Source: an uncultured Pseudomonadales bacterium (GTDB lineage Bacteria; Patescibacteriota; Microgenomatia; UBA1400; UBA1396). From it: a DNA stretch of 64,000 nucleotides. Within the stretch, counting starts at the first letter, position 1. The number at the start of each line of letters is the position of its first letter. A program made the translations under genes and the position numbers. The notes beneath the pieces are model-generated. The model ran no database searches. It saw nothing but the letters and a program-made list of their open reading frames with translations, and was not told the origin of the DNA. This document shows, piece by piece, positions 19,063-29,252 of the stretch. The DNA is taken from positions 59,623 to 123,622 of the forward strand of contig CAZRWP010000001.1 of the NCBI GenBank assembly GCA_964603945.1, given 5' to 3'.

Positions 19063-20219
19063 AAATTAGCAATACTATTAAGATACACTTGCCAGGTTTT
19101 AATCGCGGCTGAATGCCAAGTATATTGGCGAGCATACTTCTGCCTGGCTTGTAATTCTTCTGCACTAGCTGGCTGGTTGATAAATTTCTTTAAAAGTTTT
19201 ACTAATTCATCAGCTTGCTGGGGATCAAAATACTCAGCTTGCTGACCATATACCTCGCGCAAAACCGGAATATCCGAAGCTATCACCGGACAACCAACTG
19301 CCATCGCTTCAATACCAGTTAGGCCAAAGCCTTCAGACAAAGACGGCTGAATCAAACCAGACGACTGCTGATACAACTTAATAACTTCCTCATCACTCAA
19401 ACCGTTCTGGACTTCGATTTGATCAGCAATTTTATATAACCGAACTTTTTCCCAAAATTCAGTTAGAAAAATTGAACGGGCAGTCAGCACTTTAAGGTTT
19501 ACATTTGGCAATTTTTGCAAAGCTTTTAGCACCACTTCAATATTTTTATGAGGATATAAACTACCGGTGTAAACAAAGTAAGGTGCCCGTTCCTTAGTTT
19601 TACTGGCGCGCTTGCGCTGGCCATTTCCCTGTCCAACGTCGGGCGTGTCTAAAAATGCTTGGCTCACACCCTCACTGGTCACGATAATTTTTTGTGGATT
19701 ACTGACGTATTTAGCCACTTCCTGTTCAACAAATTTAGTTGGCACCAATATAGCCTTGGCTCGACGCATAGCCATTTGGCTAACAAATCGGTAGGCACCG
19801 TATTTCAACCGGTATTGCCAAGCTGGCAAAGTGGTTGCATGTGGATCTTGCTGAGTGTGCCAAAGCAAGTCGTGAATAGTTACAATAAATGGTCGGCGAT
19901 AGCCAATCGGCACATTAAAGTGAGGAACGTGTAGCAAGTCCAAATTTGCTTGGTTAAAAGCTTTTAAAACAAAAATCTGTTCTCTTAAGGTGTAATGCCG
20001 AATTGGCAGTAATTCAACTTGAACATTTGGATAATTTTTTAGCCAAGGAAGTTGATCTTTCTTAGCTACAAAAATCAACCAAAAATATTTTCCATCCGAG
20101 TCGGAGGACGTTAAAGCAAGGAGCTCCCGTAAGAGCTCCTCACTATATCTACCGATTCCAGCGTGGGCAGAACCCGCCAGACGGGCATCAAACCCGAGGC
20201 GGATTATCCGCTTGGTCAT
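19059..20219 (-). CDS. glycosyltransferase family 4
   Basis: GIGRY, VTIHDL, PHKN, EGFGLTGIEAM. Confidence 0.9.
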   Translation of the reverse strand: MTKRIIRLGFDARLAGSAHAGIGRYSEELLRELLALTSSDSDGKYFWLIFVAKKDQLPWLKNYPNVQVELLPIRHYTLREQIFVLKAFNQANLDLLHVPHFNVPIGYRRPFIVTIHDLLWHTQQDPHATTLPAWQYRLKYGAYRFVSQMAMRRAKAILVPTKFVEQEVAKYVSNPQKIIVTSEGVSQAFLDTPDVGQGNGQRKRASKTKERAPYFVYTGSLYPHKNIEVVLKALQKLPNVNLKVLTARSIFLTEFWEKVRLYKIADQIEVQNGLSDEEVIKLYQQSSGLIQPSLSEGFGLTGIEAMAVGCPVIASDIPVLREVYGQQAEYFDPQQADELVKLLKKFINQPASAEELQARQKYARQYTWHSAAIKTWQVYLNSIANL

Positions 20220-20228
20220 AAGTTTTAT

Positions 20229-20741
20229 TTACTCAGCTTTCTTGGTTGAGCGGCGTGTCGTGGTTTTCTTAGCCGCTGTACGACGCTTAACAGCACCGCT
20301 TTTGCGGGTAGAAGCGCGCTTGGTTGTATTAGCAGATGATTTGCTAGCCGACTTGGCAACTGACTTCTCTTCTTTAGAGGCTTCGGCTAAAGCTTCTGCT
20401 AAAGCATTGCTGTCTTCCAGACCATCATCGTTAAAAGCAAATTGCATTAATTCCAGATCTTGCTTTAACTGACGGATGCGGCGAACTCTCAGGAAATTTC
20501 CTAGTAAAGCGTATAGCACAAAGAAGGTGGCTACACCGTAGGCAACAACCGGAATGTTGTTTAAGAGTGCTGACTGGTTAGGATTAAAGTCCGGATTCTG
20601 CATCAAAAACTGGAATAATAATTGGGGCAAAAGCAAGGCAGTGATAATCGCAAAAAAGCTGATTAAAAAGGCCTCGACCGCGGCTACCAACCGATTATTC
20701 TGTTCGCTCTGGATTTCGAACTGTAGATTATTTACTTGCAT
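20229..20741 (-). CDS. two-TM protein with Lys/Arg/Ser/Thr-rich C-terminal tail
   Basis: Two hydrophobic helices, then a basic low-complexity tail; overlaps the upstream GT2 stop. Confidence 0.75.
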   Translation of the reverse strand: MQVNNLQFEIQSEQNNRLVAAVEAFLISFFAIITALLLPQLLFQFLMQNPDFNPNQSALLNNIPVVAYGVATFFVLYALLGNFLRVRRIRQLKQDLELMQFAFNDDGLEDSNALAEALAEASKEEKSVAKSASKSSANTTKRASTRKSGAVKRRTAAKKTTTRRSTKKAE

Positions 20742-21642
20742 ACTGTTTCCTTTCGTAATGCATTTTCCATTTTTTTAGTACGTCAATCATAACAAATGAT
20801 AAAAACAATATCACACGAGGATACTTCCTGCGGTAGTGTTTGTCCATAAACTGTTTCATGGTGTCATAAAAAGCACTGATTGTTTTGGATTTAGTTTCCC
20901 AATTAGCAGTCTGCTGTCCAGATTTATATTTGTGATGAATAATTGTTACCTCGGGGTCATATAGCGTCTTCCAGCCAGCTTGAGCAAACCGGTAGCACCA
21001 ATCTATGTCTTCGGCATACATAAAAAAGTCTTCATCCAATACGCCAACTTCGGCGATCGCCGCCTGCCTAACAATCATGGCCGCTCCACTGCAGGCTTCA
21101 ATTTCATGCGCTTTTTTCAAATCCAACCAACTTAGGTGATAGCCAGCCGCCCATTTTGCTTGAGGAAATAATTTGGCCACACCACTGTAATACATTAAGG
21201 CGTTCCAAGGTGTTGGAAAACCGCGATGACAAGCCGGATCAAGCTGACCATTAGTTAACTCCAGGCGCGGAGTAACTACCGCCAATTTTTCATCTGAAAA
21301 TTTTTCTAGCAAAGCCAGTAAGTCAGTATTTTGTTTAAATTCTGTATCAGAGTTTAACAACATTACAAAAGGTGCTGTAGCTTGCTTGATACCAACATTA
21401 TTGCCGCCAGCAAAACCCAGATTTTTCTCATTTTGAATTGTCTTGATCCAGGGAAACTTTTGACTAAGCTCAGCTAACGGTGAAGTCTTAGAGCCATTGT
21501 CAACCACAATCACCTCAATGTTTTCTGGACCATTGACGGTCCAGTGCTCCAGATTGTGAAAAGAGTGAAGACACTTTTCCAGCCACTTCGAATTGCCATA
21601 GTTAAGCAAAATTATTGATAGTCGGGGTTTAGAGATTGTCAT
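20728..21642 (-). CDS. glycosyltransferase family 2 (WbbL-like)
   Basis: VVDNGS, NLGFAGGNN, LLNSD, FFMYAEDIDWC. Confidence 0.9.
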   Translation of the reverse strand: MTISKPRLSIILLNYGNSKWLEKCLHSFHNLEHWTVNGPENIEVIVVDNGSKTSPLAELSQKFPWIKTIQNEKNLGFAGGNNVGIKQATAPFVMLLNSDTEFKQNTDLLALLEKFSDEKLAVVTPRLELTNGQLDPACHRGFPTPWNALMYYSGVAKLFPQAKWAAGYHLSWLDLKKAHEIEACSGAAMIVRQAAIAEVGVLDEDFFMYAEDIDWCYRFAQAGWKTLYDPEVTIIHHKYKSGQQTANWETKSKTISAFYDTMKQFMDKHYRRKYPRVILFLSFVMIDVLKKWKMHYERKQYASK

Positions 21643-21664
21643 TATATTTTTCAATTTGTTTGTA

Positions 21665-22891
21665 TTATTTCTTAACGTTTTGATCACGGTTTTTGGCAGT
21701 AGTTTTTTGATAAACAGTTAGTAAGTCTTGGGCTATAATTTCCCAGCTGAAACGGCGGCTAACAAATTCTTTACCACTTTTTCCTAAACGCTTTTGACGT
21801 TCTTCATCGCCAAGCAGTTCGATTGCCACTTTCGCCATTTCCTCGGCGGAATCGCCTTGCAGAAAATGCTTATTTGGCTCAGCCTGGATGCCTTCCAGAG
21901 CAATTGAGGTACCAACCACCGGTGTCTCTGATGCCATCGCTTCCAGAACCTTATAGCGTGTTCCTTTGCCGCTAAAAACCGGCGCCAACAAAATATTAGC
22001 CTTGGCATATTCTTCACGAATATCTGGGACGCGTCCGGTTACAGTAATTTGTTTATCTTGCTTTTCATAATCGATAATTTTTTTAGTCGGTGAGGGGCCG
22101 ACTATTCTTAAATTAATATTAGGCACAGCTTGCTTAATAAGTGGCCAAATTTTCTCAACTAAAAATTCAACTGCCTCAACATTTGGCAACCAATGAAAGG
22201 TGCCTACAAACAGCAAGCTCGGCTGGCTTGACAGCTTTTTTTTGACTTGGCTGAAAAAATTAATGTCGACTCCATTACTGACCACATCAATATTCTTAAT
22301 ACTTGGCTCAACTTGCCGAATAAAATCTCGATCATCTTCCGAAACCGTTACCAGGCGATCACATCGACGCCAATAATGTTTTTCCCAATAACGAATCTTG
22401 GCAATGTCCAAGTTTAAAAGTGGCCGCAGAAGTGGCCATCGCCGCCGGATTTTAGCCGCAAAATCCTCATAACCTAAGTACTCAATTGTCTGTTCAACCA
22501 AAATTGTTGGCACAGCCGTTTTAGGAATGTTTGGCATCATATAAAACGTTTCCACATGAATTAGGTCGTGCTTAATTTCTTCTAATTCTTTGGCAATCTC
22601 TTGCTTAAGTGACATCACTAGATTTCTCGTTACCACAAACGGGAAAGGTGTGAAGCCAGCCAACAAAATATTACGGGGATGCCATGGCTTGGCCGTGCGC
22701 TTAAACAGCTTTATCTTATGGCAGTACGGCTCAAGTTCTTTAATGTATTGAAGCTCTTCTTTCTTTTTAATGAGAGCAAACAGAGTAACCTCGTGTTCCT
22801 TGGAAATTTGTTTAAGCAGATTGTAGGTTCTGACTTGGCCGCCACTTAGTAGAGGATATGGCAGATAAGGAGTCAGCATGAGAATTCGCAT
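21665..22891 (-). CDS. glycosyltransferase family 4
   Basis: PYPLLSGGQVR, NGVD, GTRYKVLEAMA. Confidence 0.88.
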   Translation of the reverse strand: MRILMLTPYLPYPLLSGGQVRTYNLLKQISKEHEVTLFALIKKKEELQYIKELEPYCHKIKLFKRTAKPWHPRNILLAGFTPFPFVVTRNLVMSLKQEIAKELEEIKHDLIHVETFYMMPNIPKTAVPTILVEQTIEYLGYEDFAAKIRRRWPLLRPLLNLDIAKIRYWEKHYWRRCDRLVTVSEDDRDFIRQVEPSIKNIDVVSNGVDINFFSQVKKKLSSQPSLLFVGTFHWLPNVEAVEFLVEKIWPLIKQAVPNINLRIVGPSPTKKIIDYEKQDKQITVTGRVPDIREEYAKANILLAPVFSGKGTRYKVLEAMASETPVVGTSIALEGIQAEPNKHFLQGDSAEEMAKVAIELLGDEERQKRLGKSGKEFVSRRFSWEIIAQDLLTVYQKTTAKNRDQNVKK

Positions 22892-24444
22892 TACTTGGCA
22901 CTCCTTAGATCAAAAATGATGTAATCATCCGTTTCCTCAACCACTGGAAATTGCTGGCGCAGTTCACCAACTTCATCATCCTTACTAGTAGAAACGTAAA
23001 AATCCGCGCCTTGCTCAATTTTTTCATCAATATCAAATCCAAGTGGCCAACCGCGCCGGTTGGTCTGGAAAAGAAAGGCGGTATCACCCATATAAGGCGC
23101 AATTACTAGAGCGTCTGGCGAAGTTAAGCGCTCAACTGCTGTACCGGCTCTGACAATAGCCCAATTATTAATGTTGTATAAATCTTTAATAAAATACCAG
23201 GCAAAAAGATTCGAGAAAATCCAAATTACTATTAGTCCAGTGGCCATGCCAACTGTTTGTAAGCGCGTTGGCGCCCATCTAATCAAACCAACCGCTCCCA
23301 ATGCCCAAAGCCAAGCCATTACTGGAATCAAGATTATCTGATAGTAATCATGCTGAACATTACCGCTGGCGAACACCACTAAATACAACATCATGCCGGC
23401 GACTAAACCCAAAATGGCACCCTGATTCTTAAACCAACTCTGCAAATAACTCAAAATTTCACCGAGCCTGGGTGGTAAATTTTTTGTAACTTTATTTTTA
23501 ATTAATGAAACTGAGGTCGGCAAGGTCATGGCTAAACCAATTATCGTCAACGGCGCACCCCAGTAACCAAACATCATCCGTCCAATCCGGTCAGCAAACA
23601 ACCAACGCCACCAGGCAGGTTTCAAACGAATACCATTGCCGTTCAACAACCAATCAGAAACGGGAATGCCAGTTGGAAAATTTAAGATCCAACTTCGCCA
23701 CCAAATCACTGGTAAGACGGCCAGAACCAAGCTGACCGCCAGCTTTAAAAGATTTATAAAATTAAGTTTCCCTTTTAATAACAACCTCTCAGGGAACTGC
23801 CATATGAGACCGATAAAAGTGGGAGCAAAAAACACGGCGGTCGGCTTGACCAATAGCGCCAGAGCGCCAGTCAAAGCAGTTAGAATCAACCAGCCATCGC
23901 GGCCTTGGTATTTTTTTAGCCAGGCATACCAACTAACCAGTGCCAAGCCAATAAACATTAATACAAAAGGTTCAGGCAGAATTACCCGGCCATAATAAAT
24001 TGCGTAAGGCATAAAAGTCCAAACTGCTGTGGCTACTAAAGCAGTGGCGGGATTATTTAACCGCCAAATTAACCAGCCAAAAGTAATCATGGCGATAATG
24101 GTTGCCATTACACTCGCTATACGGCTAGTAACCACCAAATCCAGGCTGGGCTGGGCTTGTAAAATAACTGCTAGCAGACCATTAATGACGGGAAACTCGA
24201 CCATTCGCCAGCCTTCAGGATTGAATTCTCCGGACTGAATGTTGGAAATATCGTGATAACGTGGTCGCAGTAAATCCACGCCGTTTTTAACATACTCACG
24301 CGTGACAGAGGCCGTATCAGCTTGTCGGAAAGAATGCCAATCAGCTAGCGGTGTATCAATTTTATAAAGGCGGAGACCAAAGGCAATTATTAATAAAGCT
24401 ATCATAATGCCAGATAGCCAACTTCTCTTCAGCCAGGTCATCAC
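22891..24444 (-). CDS. GT-C (ArnT/PMT-like) membrane glycosyltransferase
   Basis: DWHSFRQADTA, EFP, multiple TMs, HDYYQ. Confidence 0.75.
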   Translation of the reverse strand: MMTWLKRSWLSGIMIALLIIAFGLRLYKIDTPLADWHSFRQADTASVTREYVKNGVDLLRPRYHDISNIQSGEFNPEGWRMVEFPVINGLLAVILQAQPSLDLVVTSRIASVMATIIAMITFGWLIWRLNNPATALVATAVWTFMPYAIYYGRVILPEPFVLMFIGLALVSWYAWLKKYQGRDGWLILTALTGALALLVKPTAVFFAPTFIGLIWQFPERLLLKGKLNFINLLKLAVSLVLAVLPVIWWRSWILNFPTGIPVSDWLLNGNGIRLKPAWWRWLFADRIGRMMFGYWGAPLTIIGLAMTLPTSVSLIKNKVTKNLPPRLGEILSYLQSWFKNQGAILGLVAGMMLYLVVFASGNVQHDYYQIILIPVMAWLWALGAVGLIRWAPTRLQTVGMATGLIVIWIFSNLFAWYFIKDLYNINNWAIVRAGTAVERLTSPDALVIAPYMGDTAFLFQTNRRGWPLGFDIDEKIEQGADFYVSTSKDDEVGELRQQFPVVEETDDYIIFDLRSAK

Positions 24445-24448
24445 GCCC

Positions 24449-26290
24449 CTATCTTTTTTGTGTTTTTCTTTTGTTTTTAGTGCTCTTTTGCCGACGCTTA
24501 GCTGAAGAAAGATATTTCGTAGTCGCCGTTTTTTCTTTAGCTGATTCCTCCACCGCTAAAAGAAGTGAACGCAACCGCTGAGTGTCCTTTTCCTTAGCCT
24601 GACGGGCAAAAGCAAACTTGGGAGCAATCAGCCCCTCATTGACAAAGACTGCCAGGAAAATACCTTGCAAAATCCAGAAGGTATAAGCCACTTTGGAAGA
24701 AACAAATACGTCGATATATATCGCATTCACCAAAAGACCAATTATGCCGGCAAAGTTAGCAATCGCCAAAGCGGTTAACCAAATATCCTTGCTTTTTTGG
24801 TACGCCTGCCAGCTGTACCACAGAGCCAACCCAATCGCCCCGTAATAGAAGAAGAAGCCCAGAGCACCATTCTCGCCTAAAGTCCTCAAATAATTATTGT
24901 CCGTACTTTCAGCTTCGGTGAATTGCTCAACGGTTGATTTAGTTAGTGTGGCATATCCCGAGCCAATCAGCGGATTACGCATAAAGCCGGCAAAGGCCTG
25001 CGGCCAAAGCGTCTCTAAGCGGATACAAACCGACAAACTATGCTCTAAAGCGCAATCAGAAAACACTCGATCTTGGACTAATTTGTCGCCCACTTGCTTT
25101 AGATTTCCAGCCATGGTCGCGGCTGGATCATTAAGCTCAAATTGTTGAGCTGGCACGTCCGTGTAGACATCTTTGGGGCGTTCAGAACTCGGCTGAGTAT
25201 CAGTTACTGTCATACCTTGTTCATTCAGCTCTCTTTCTAGATCATCAGTTGATTTGCCACCTTCTGGCGGCTGACCCAGCTGAATTCCCAGATAAGCTAA
25301 AGGATTTTCACGCATACCATTGGTAAAACGAAAGATCGAAGTAATGATCGGGTAACGATTCTCATCAATAATTTGCGAATATCGTGATGACAAATCTCCC
25401 ACAAACAGCATCATGGCTCCACTGATAGCCAAAACAGTCAGTCCGCGTGAAATTCCCCACCACCAGCCGCGTCGCCACATATAAAGCACAACAACCAAAC
25501 CAGCCGCTAGTAAATAACCAATAAATGAAGTCCTGGAGGCAGACATAACCATCAACCAAAGTCCGCCAAACCAGGTTAGACCAACCAAAATACTCAACAA
25601 CCACTTCTGCCATTTCTTAACAAAATCAGCGTCTCGTAGTCCAAAAAATACAGCCAATGTTAAAGGCAGAATAATAACCAAATAGGCGCCAAGATCATAA
25701 TGTCCAGCAAAAGTAGATTGAACTCGGGCATGCTCACCCAAATACAAACGAACTCCTTTGCTAAATTCACGATTCATCGTCGAAAACACTGGCCAAAAGT
25801 GATATTTCTGACCGTAACCATACACAATTACTCCCAACAGAGCCACCAACACTGTGCCGACCAGGAATAAGGCCTGTCGGCGGTTTTTCACGGCGTTATA
25901 GCCAATAAAAAAGAGTGACAAATACTGAATATGTCGAGCCCAATGCAACATTGATTTACCTATATGCAGAAGTTCTTCCGGAATAGTTTTAGTGATGTAA
26001 ACCCCACCAATATTAGAAAGCAATCCAATTGCCAGGTAAGCCAAAATAAACCAAGTAAGAGGCGTTTTCCAGGTTACTTTCCGTCTTAATAGAGAAATCA
26101 ACCACCAGCCGGCCACCAGCGCAATAAAGACATCTTCCAGGCGCAGGCGGACAATATAACCAGGAATTATGTCAGCAAAAGGAATCTTAGGATAAAGAGG
26201 AATGAAGATAATTAGGAAGGCGGTTGCTAAAAGCAAAAAGTATTCATCAAACCAATGCCAAAGCTTCCTGATAAGCACGCTGAAGTCCAT
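24449..26290 (-). CDS. O-antigen ligase/Wzy-like membrane protein
   Basis: Many TMs, RVQSTF, SRTS, NPLIGSGY, DNNYLR.LGE.G..G. Confidence 0.75.
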   Translation of the reverse strand: MDFSVLIRKLWHWFDEYFLLLATAFLIIFIPLYPKIPFADIIPGYIVRLRLEDVFIALVAGWWLISLLRRKVTWKTPLTWFILAYLAIGLLSNIGGVYITKTIPEELLHIGKSMLHWARHIQYLSLFFIGYNAVKNRRQALFLVGTVLVALLGVIVYGYGQKYHFWPVFSTMNREFSKGVRLYLGEHARVQSTFAGHYDLGAYLVIILPLTLAVFFGLRDADFVKKWQKWLLSILVGLTWFGGLWLMVMSASRTSFIGYLLAAGLVVVLYMWRRGWWWGISRGLTVLAISGAMMLFVGDLSSRYSQIIDENRYPIITSIFRFTNGMRENPLAYLGIQLGQPPEGGKSTDDLERELNEQGMTVTDTQPSSERPKDVYTDVPAQQFELNDPAATMAGNLKQVGDKLVQDRVFSDCALEHSLSVCIRLETLWPQAFAGFMRNPLIGSGYATLTKSTVEQFTEAESTDNNYLRTLGENGALGFFFYYGAIGLALWYSWQAYQKSKDIWLTALAIANFAGIIGLLVNAIYIDVFVSSKVAYTFWILQGIFLAVFVNEGLIAPKFAFARQAKEKDTQRLRSLLLAVEESAKEKTATTKYLSSAKRRQKSTKNKRKTQKR

Positions 26291-27374
26291 ATCGTCGCAG
26301 TATACCAAAAACTAGGATTCTTAAACCAATACCAAATCGCAATATTTGGCGGAGCATCCAGAGGTCGAATCCAGAAGAATGCTTATACCATAAGTAAAGG
26401 AGACCATTTATCTCACCAATAATGGCATTTTTGTGATCACTGCTGGCCGAGCCTAAATGAATTACCTGGCCAGCATCCGCCAGCACAACGTCCCAGTGGC
26501 GGCGATTGGCGCGCCAACAAAGTTCTACATCTTCGCCATACATAAAGATATGCGGATCAAAACCACCAATTTCTTCCAGGCACGGACGAGAAATCATCAT
26601 GCAGGTGCCGCCTACCCAGCCAACTTTAGCCAATTTTTTTTGTTTTAATGACTTCATCTGTGATCCGTGATGCTGATAAGAAGTTAAGACTCTAGACAAA
26701 AACGGCACATCGTCTAAAAAAGTGATCCAGCGAAATAAATTAGACAAACTGGGCAAGGCACCACCCTGTACCTGAATAGTCTTATCTGAGTTAAAAACAT
26801 AAGCTGACGCAATTCCCACATTATCAATCACCGCCTGTGTCCGACTTAAAACGGAACTAGACTTAACAAAGTTAGTTGATGAAAACGTCTTGGTCAAAGC
26901 AAAAGCTGTTCGTGGTTTTACAAAAGCATCTGAATTCACATAGAAGTAATAGTCACAATCAAGCATGGCGGTGGCAAGGTTGTTGGCACGACCAAAGCCA
27001 ATGTTCTTACGCAGTTCCACCATATGCAGTGTGTGCTCACCAACCGATGTGCTTCGAATATTGGAAATTTGCTCAATGTCTTCCGTGATGTTACCGAAAA
27101 GTTGTTCTATATGATCATCCTTTTTCTTATCTTCAGCAACCTTTAGCAAATCGTTATTTTTTCGCAGACGATAGCGCCTAGCCAAAGATACAGGACTTCT
27201 ATCCGTAGAAGCATTATCAATTACGACCACATCTAACAAGACACCTTTGGAAGCTAATAAAGCCTCAACGGATTTACGTGTCAATTCAGAAGTATTGTAA
27301 GAAATCACCACCGCACAAACCCGGGCTTTGAGTCTTTCCCTTTTTTTCCAGGTAGTATTGGTTACACTAGACAT
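26247..27374 (-). CDS. glycosyltransferase family 2
   Basis: VIDNASTD, NIGFGRANN, NSD, FMYGEDVELC; about 50-aa insertion in the N-terminal half. Confidence 0.88.
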   Translation of the reverse strand: MSSVTNTTWKKRERLKARVCAVVISYNTSELTRKSVEALLASKGVLLDVVVIDNASTDRSPVSLARRYRLRKNNDLLKVAEDKKKDDHIEQLFGNITEDIEQISNIRSTSVGEHTLHMVELRKNIGFGRANNLATAMLDCDYYFYVNSDAFVKPRTAFALTKTFSSTNFVKSSSVLSRTQAVIDNVGIASAYVFNSDKTIQVQGGALPSLSNLFRWITFLDDVPFLSRVLTSYQHHGSQMKSLKQKKLAKVGWVGGTCMMISRPCLEEIGGFDPHIFMYGEDVELCWRANRRHWDVVLADAGQVIHLGSASSDHKNAIIGEINGLLYLWYKHSSGFDLWMLRQILRFGIGLRILVFGILRRYGLQRAYQEALALV

Positions 27375-27611
27375 ATGCGAGTATTATCCGTAAAAGTAAT
27401 TCCAAAGGCGAGCCGCAATGAAGTAACTCAGCTTTCGAAGGATAGCTTTAAGGTATATGTTACCTCGGTCGCGGAAAAAGGGAAAGCCAATAAGTCCATG
27501 CTTAAACTACTAGCTAAGCATTTGGGCTTACCGCCCTCCCACCTAATGATCTCCCGTGGAGATCGTTCCAACGATAAAACCGTGCTAGTATTGGAATCAG
27601 CTATCATATGA
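27375..27611 (+). CDS. DUF167 (YggU/UPF0235) protein
   Basis: VKVIPKASRNEV, GKANK, I.RG..S..K. Confidence 0.88.
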   Translation: MRVLSVKVIPKASRNEVTQLSKDSFKVYVTSVAEKGKANKSMLKLLAKHLGLPPSHLMISRGDRSNDKTVLVLESAII

Positions 27612-28615
27612 AAGTCTTAGTTACAGGCGGAGCCGGCTTTATTGGCTCACACTTTGTTCATTACTGGTTAGCAAATCATCCTGAGGATACCGTCGTTAAT
27701 TTTGATCTTTTAACTTACGCCGGCAATCTGGATAATTTGCAGGACATTGCTGATTCGCCCCAATATCAGTTTATTCAAGGCGATATTCGCGACGTTTCTG
27801 CTGTCGACCAGGTAATGACTGGTGTGGACATAGTGGTTCATTTTGCCGCCGAGACTCACGTGGACCGCTCAATATTAGAACCATCAGCTTTTGTGACCAC
27901 TAATGTGGTCGGCACCCAGGTTTTGCTGGACTCTGCCTTGCGACATCGGGTAAAACGATTTCACCATATCTCAACAGATGAGGTTTTCGGCAGTCTTGAA
28001 CTTGGTTCAGCTGAAAAATTCTCCGAAACCACTCCGTATGATCCACGCAGTCCTTACTCTGCTTCTAAAGCTGGCTCTGATCACTTGGTCCGTGCTTATG
28101 GCGAAACCTTTAATCTGCCAATTACTATCTCTAATTGCTCAAATAACTATGGTCCAAACATGTTCCCGGAAAAATACTTTCCGCTGGCCATCACCAATTT
28201 AATTGAGGGCAAAAACATTCCAATCTACGGTGATGGCTTAAATGTGCGCGACTGGCTATTTGTCACCGATCACTGCCGAGCAATTGAGGTAATTTTGCAA
28301 AATGGCCGCCTGGGAGAAACCTACTGCGTGGGAGGCCTAACCAAGGATGTATCTAATCATGAGATTGCCAAGATGATTCTAAACTTGATGAACTTGCCCG
28401 AAGACCGAATTGATTTTATAAAAGACCGGGCTGGCCATGACCGCCGTTATGCCATCGACTGGACCAAGATAAATCAAGAGCTTGGCTGGGCGCCATCAGT
28501 AACTTTGGAAGAGGGTTTGAGACAGACAATTGAGTGGTATCAGAACAATCAGAACTGGTGGCAGGCACTCAAACAAGCCAACGCCGATTATTTTAATAAG
28601 CAATATCAAGCCTAA
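27608..28615 (+). CDS. rfbB: dTDP-glucose 4,6-dehydratase
   Basis: GGAGFIG, LTYAGN, HFAAETHVDRSI, STDEV, YSASK, RAGHDRRY. Confidence 0.97.
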   Translation: MKVLVTGGAGFIGSHFVHYWLANHPEDTVVNFDLLTYAGNLDNLQDIADSPQYQFIQGDIRDVSAVDQVMTGVDIVVHFAAETHVDRSILEPSAFVTTNVVGTQVLLDSALRHRVKRFHHISTDEVFGSLELGSAEKFSETTPYDPRSPYSASKAGSDHLVRAYGETFNLPITISNCSNNYGPNMFPEKYFPLAITNLIEGKNIPIYGDGLNVRDWLFVTDHCRAIEVILQNGRLGETYCVGGLTKDVSNHEIAKMILNLMNLPEDRIDFIKDRAGHDRRYAIDWTKINQELGWAPSVTLEEGLRQTIEWYQNNQNWWQALKQANADYFNKQYQA

Positions 28616-28634
28616 ACAGAGTGAGGAAATCAAG

Positions 28635-29252
28635 ATGAGTCAAACAATTAGCTACGAACCTCAACCATATGATGAATTTAGTCCAGGTATATACAAAACT
28701 CCTCTGGAGGAAGTTTATTTTATACCTTTTACTAAACACCCCGACCAACGGGGTTTTTACACAGAGCTAACTCGTCTGCCAGAATTAGACGCCGTTTTAA
28801 AGGAACCTTTTCAGCCAAGGCAGATAAATTTAAGTAATTCAAAAACTAAGGTGATCCGAGGTTTTCACGCTGAAAACTGGCAAAAATTAGTAACAATCAT
28901 AACTGGCACTGCTTTCTGTGCCTTGGCGGATTTTAGGCCACAATCACCACAATTTGGTCAAGTTATGACTGCCTCAATGGGAGAGAATGGATTAAACGGA
29001 TCTCTTTTTCTGCCCGCGGGTATCGGCAATTCTTTTTGTGTAACTCAGGGAGATTTAAATTATTTGTACGCCGTTGATCAGCTTTACCGCGATCGAGATT
29101 CAAGCGGTGATGTTGCTATTTCTTTGTTTGATTCAGATCTAAATGTCCAGTGGCCATTTGAGCAATCTGAATTAATAATCTCTGATCGTGATCGGGCATC
29201 CATATCACTGCGAGAGCGTTTTCCAGAAAAGTTCGGAGGTCAAGATGAATGA
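28635..29252 (+). CDS. rfbC: dTDP-4-dehydrorhamnose 3,5-epimerase
   Basis: DQRGFY.E, Q.N.S, IRGFH, D.R..SP.FG. Confidence 0.88.
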   Translation: MSQTISYEPQPYDEFSPGIYKTPLEEVYFIPFTKHPDQRGFYTELTRLPELDAVLKEPFQPRQINLSNSKTKVIRGFHAENWQKLVTIITGTAFCALADFRPQSPQFGQVMTASMGENGLNGSLFLPAGIGNSFCVTQGDLNYLYAVDQLYRDRDSSGDVAISLFDSDLNVQWPFEQSELIISDRDRASISLRERFPEKFGGQDE

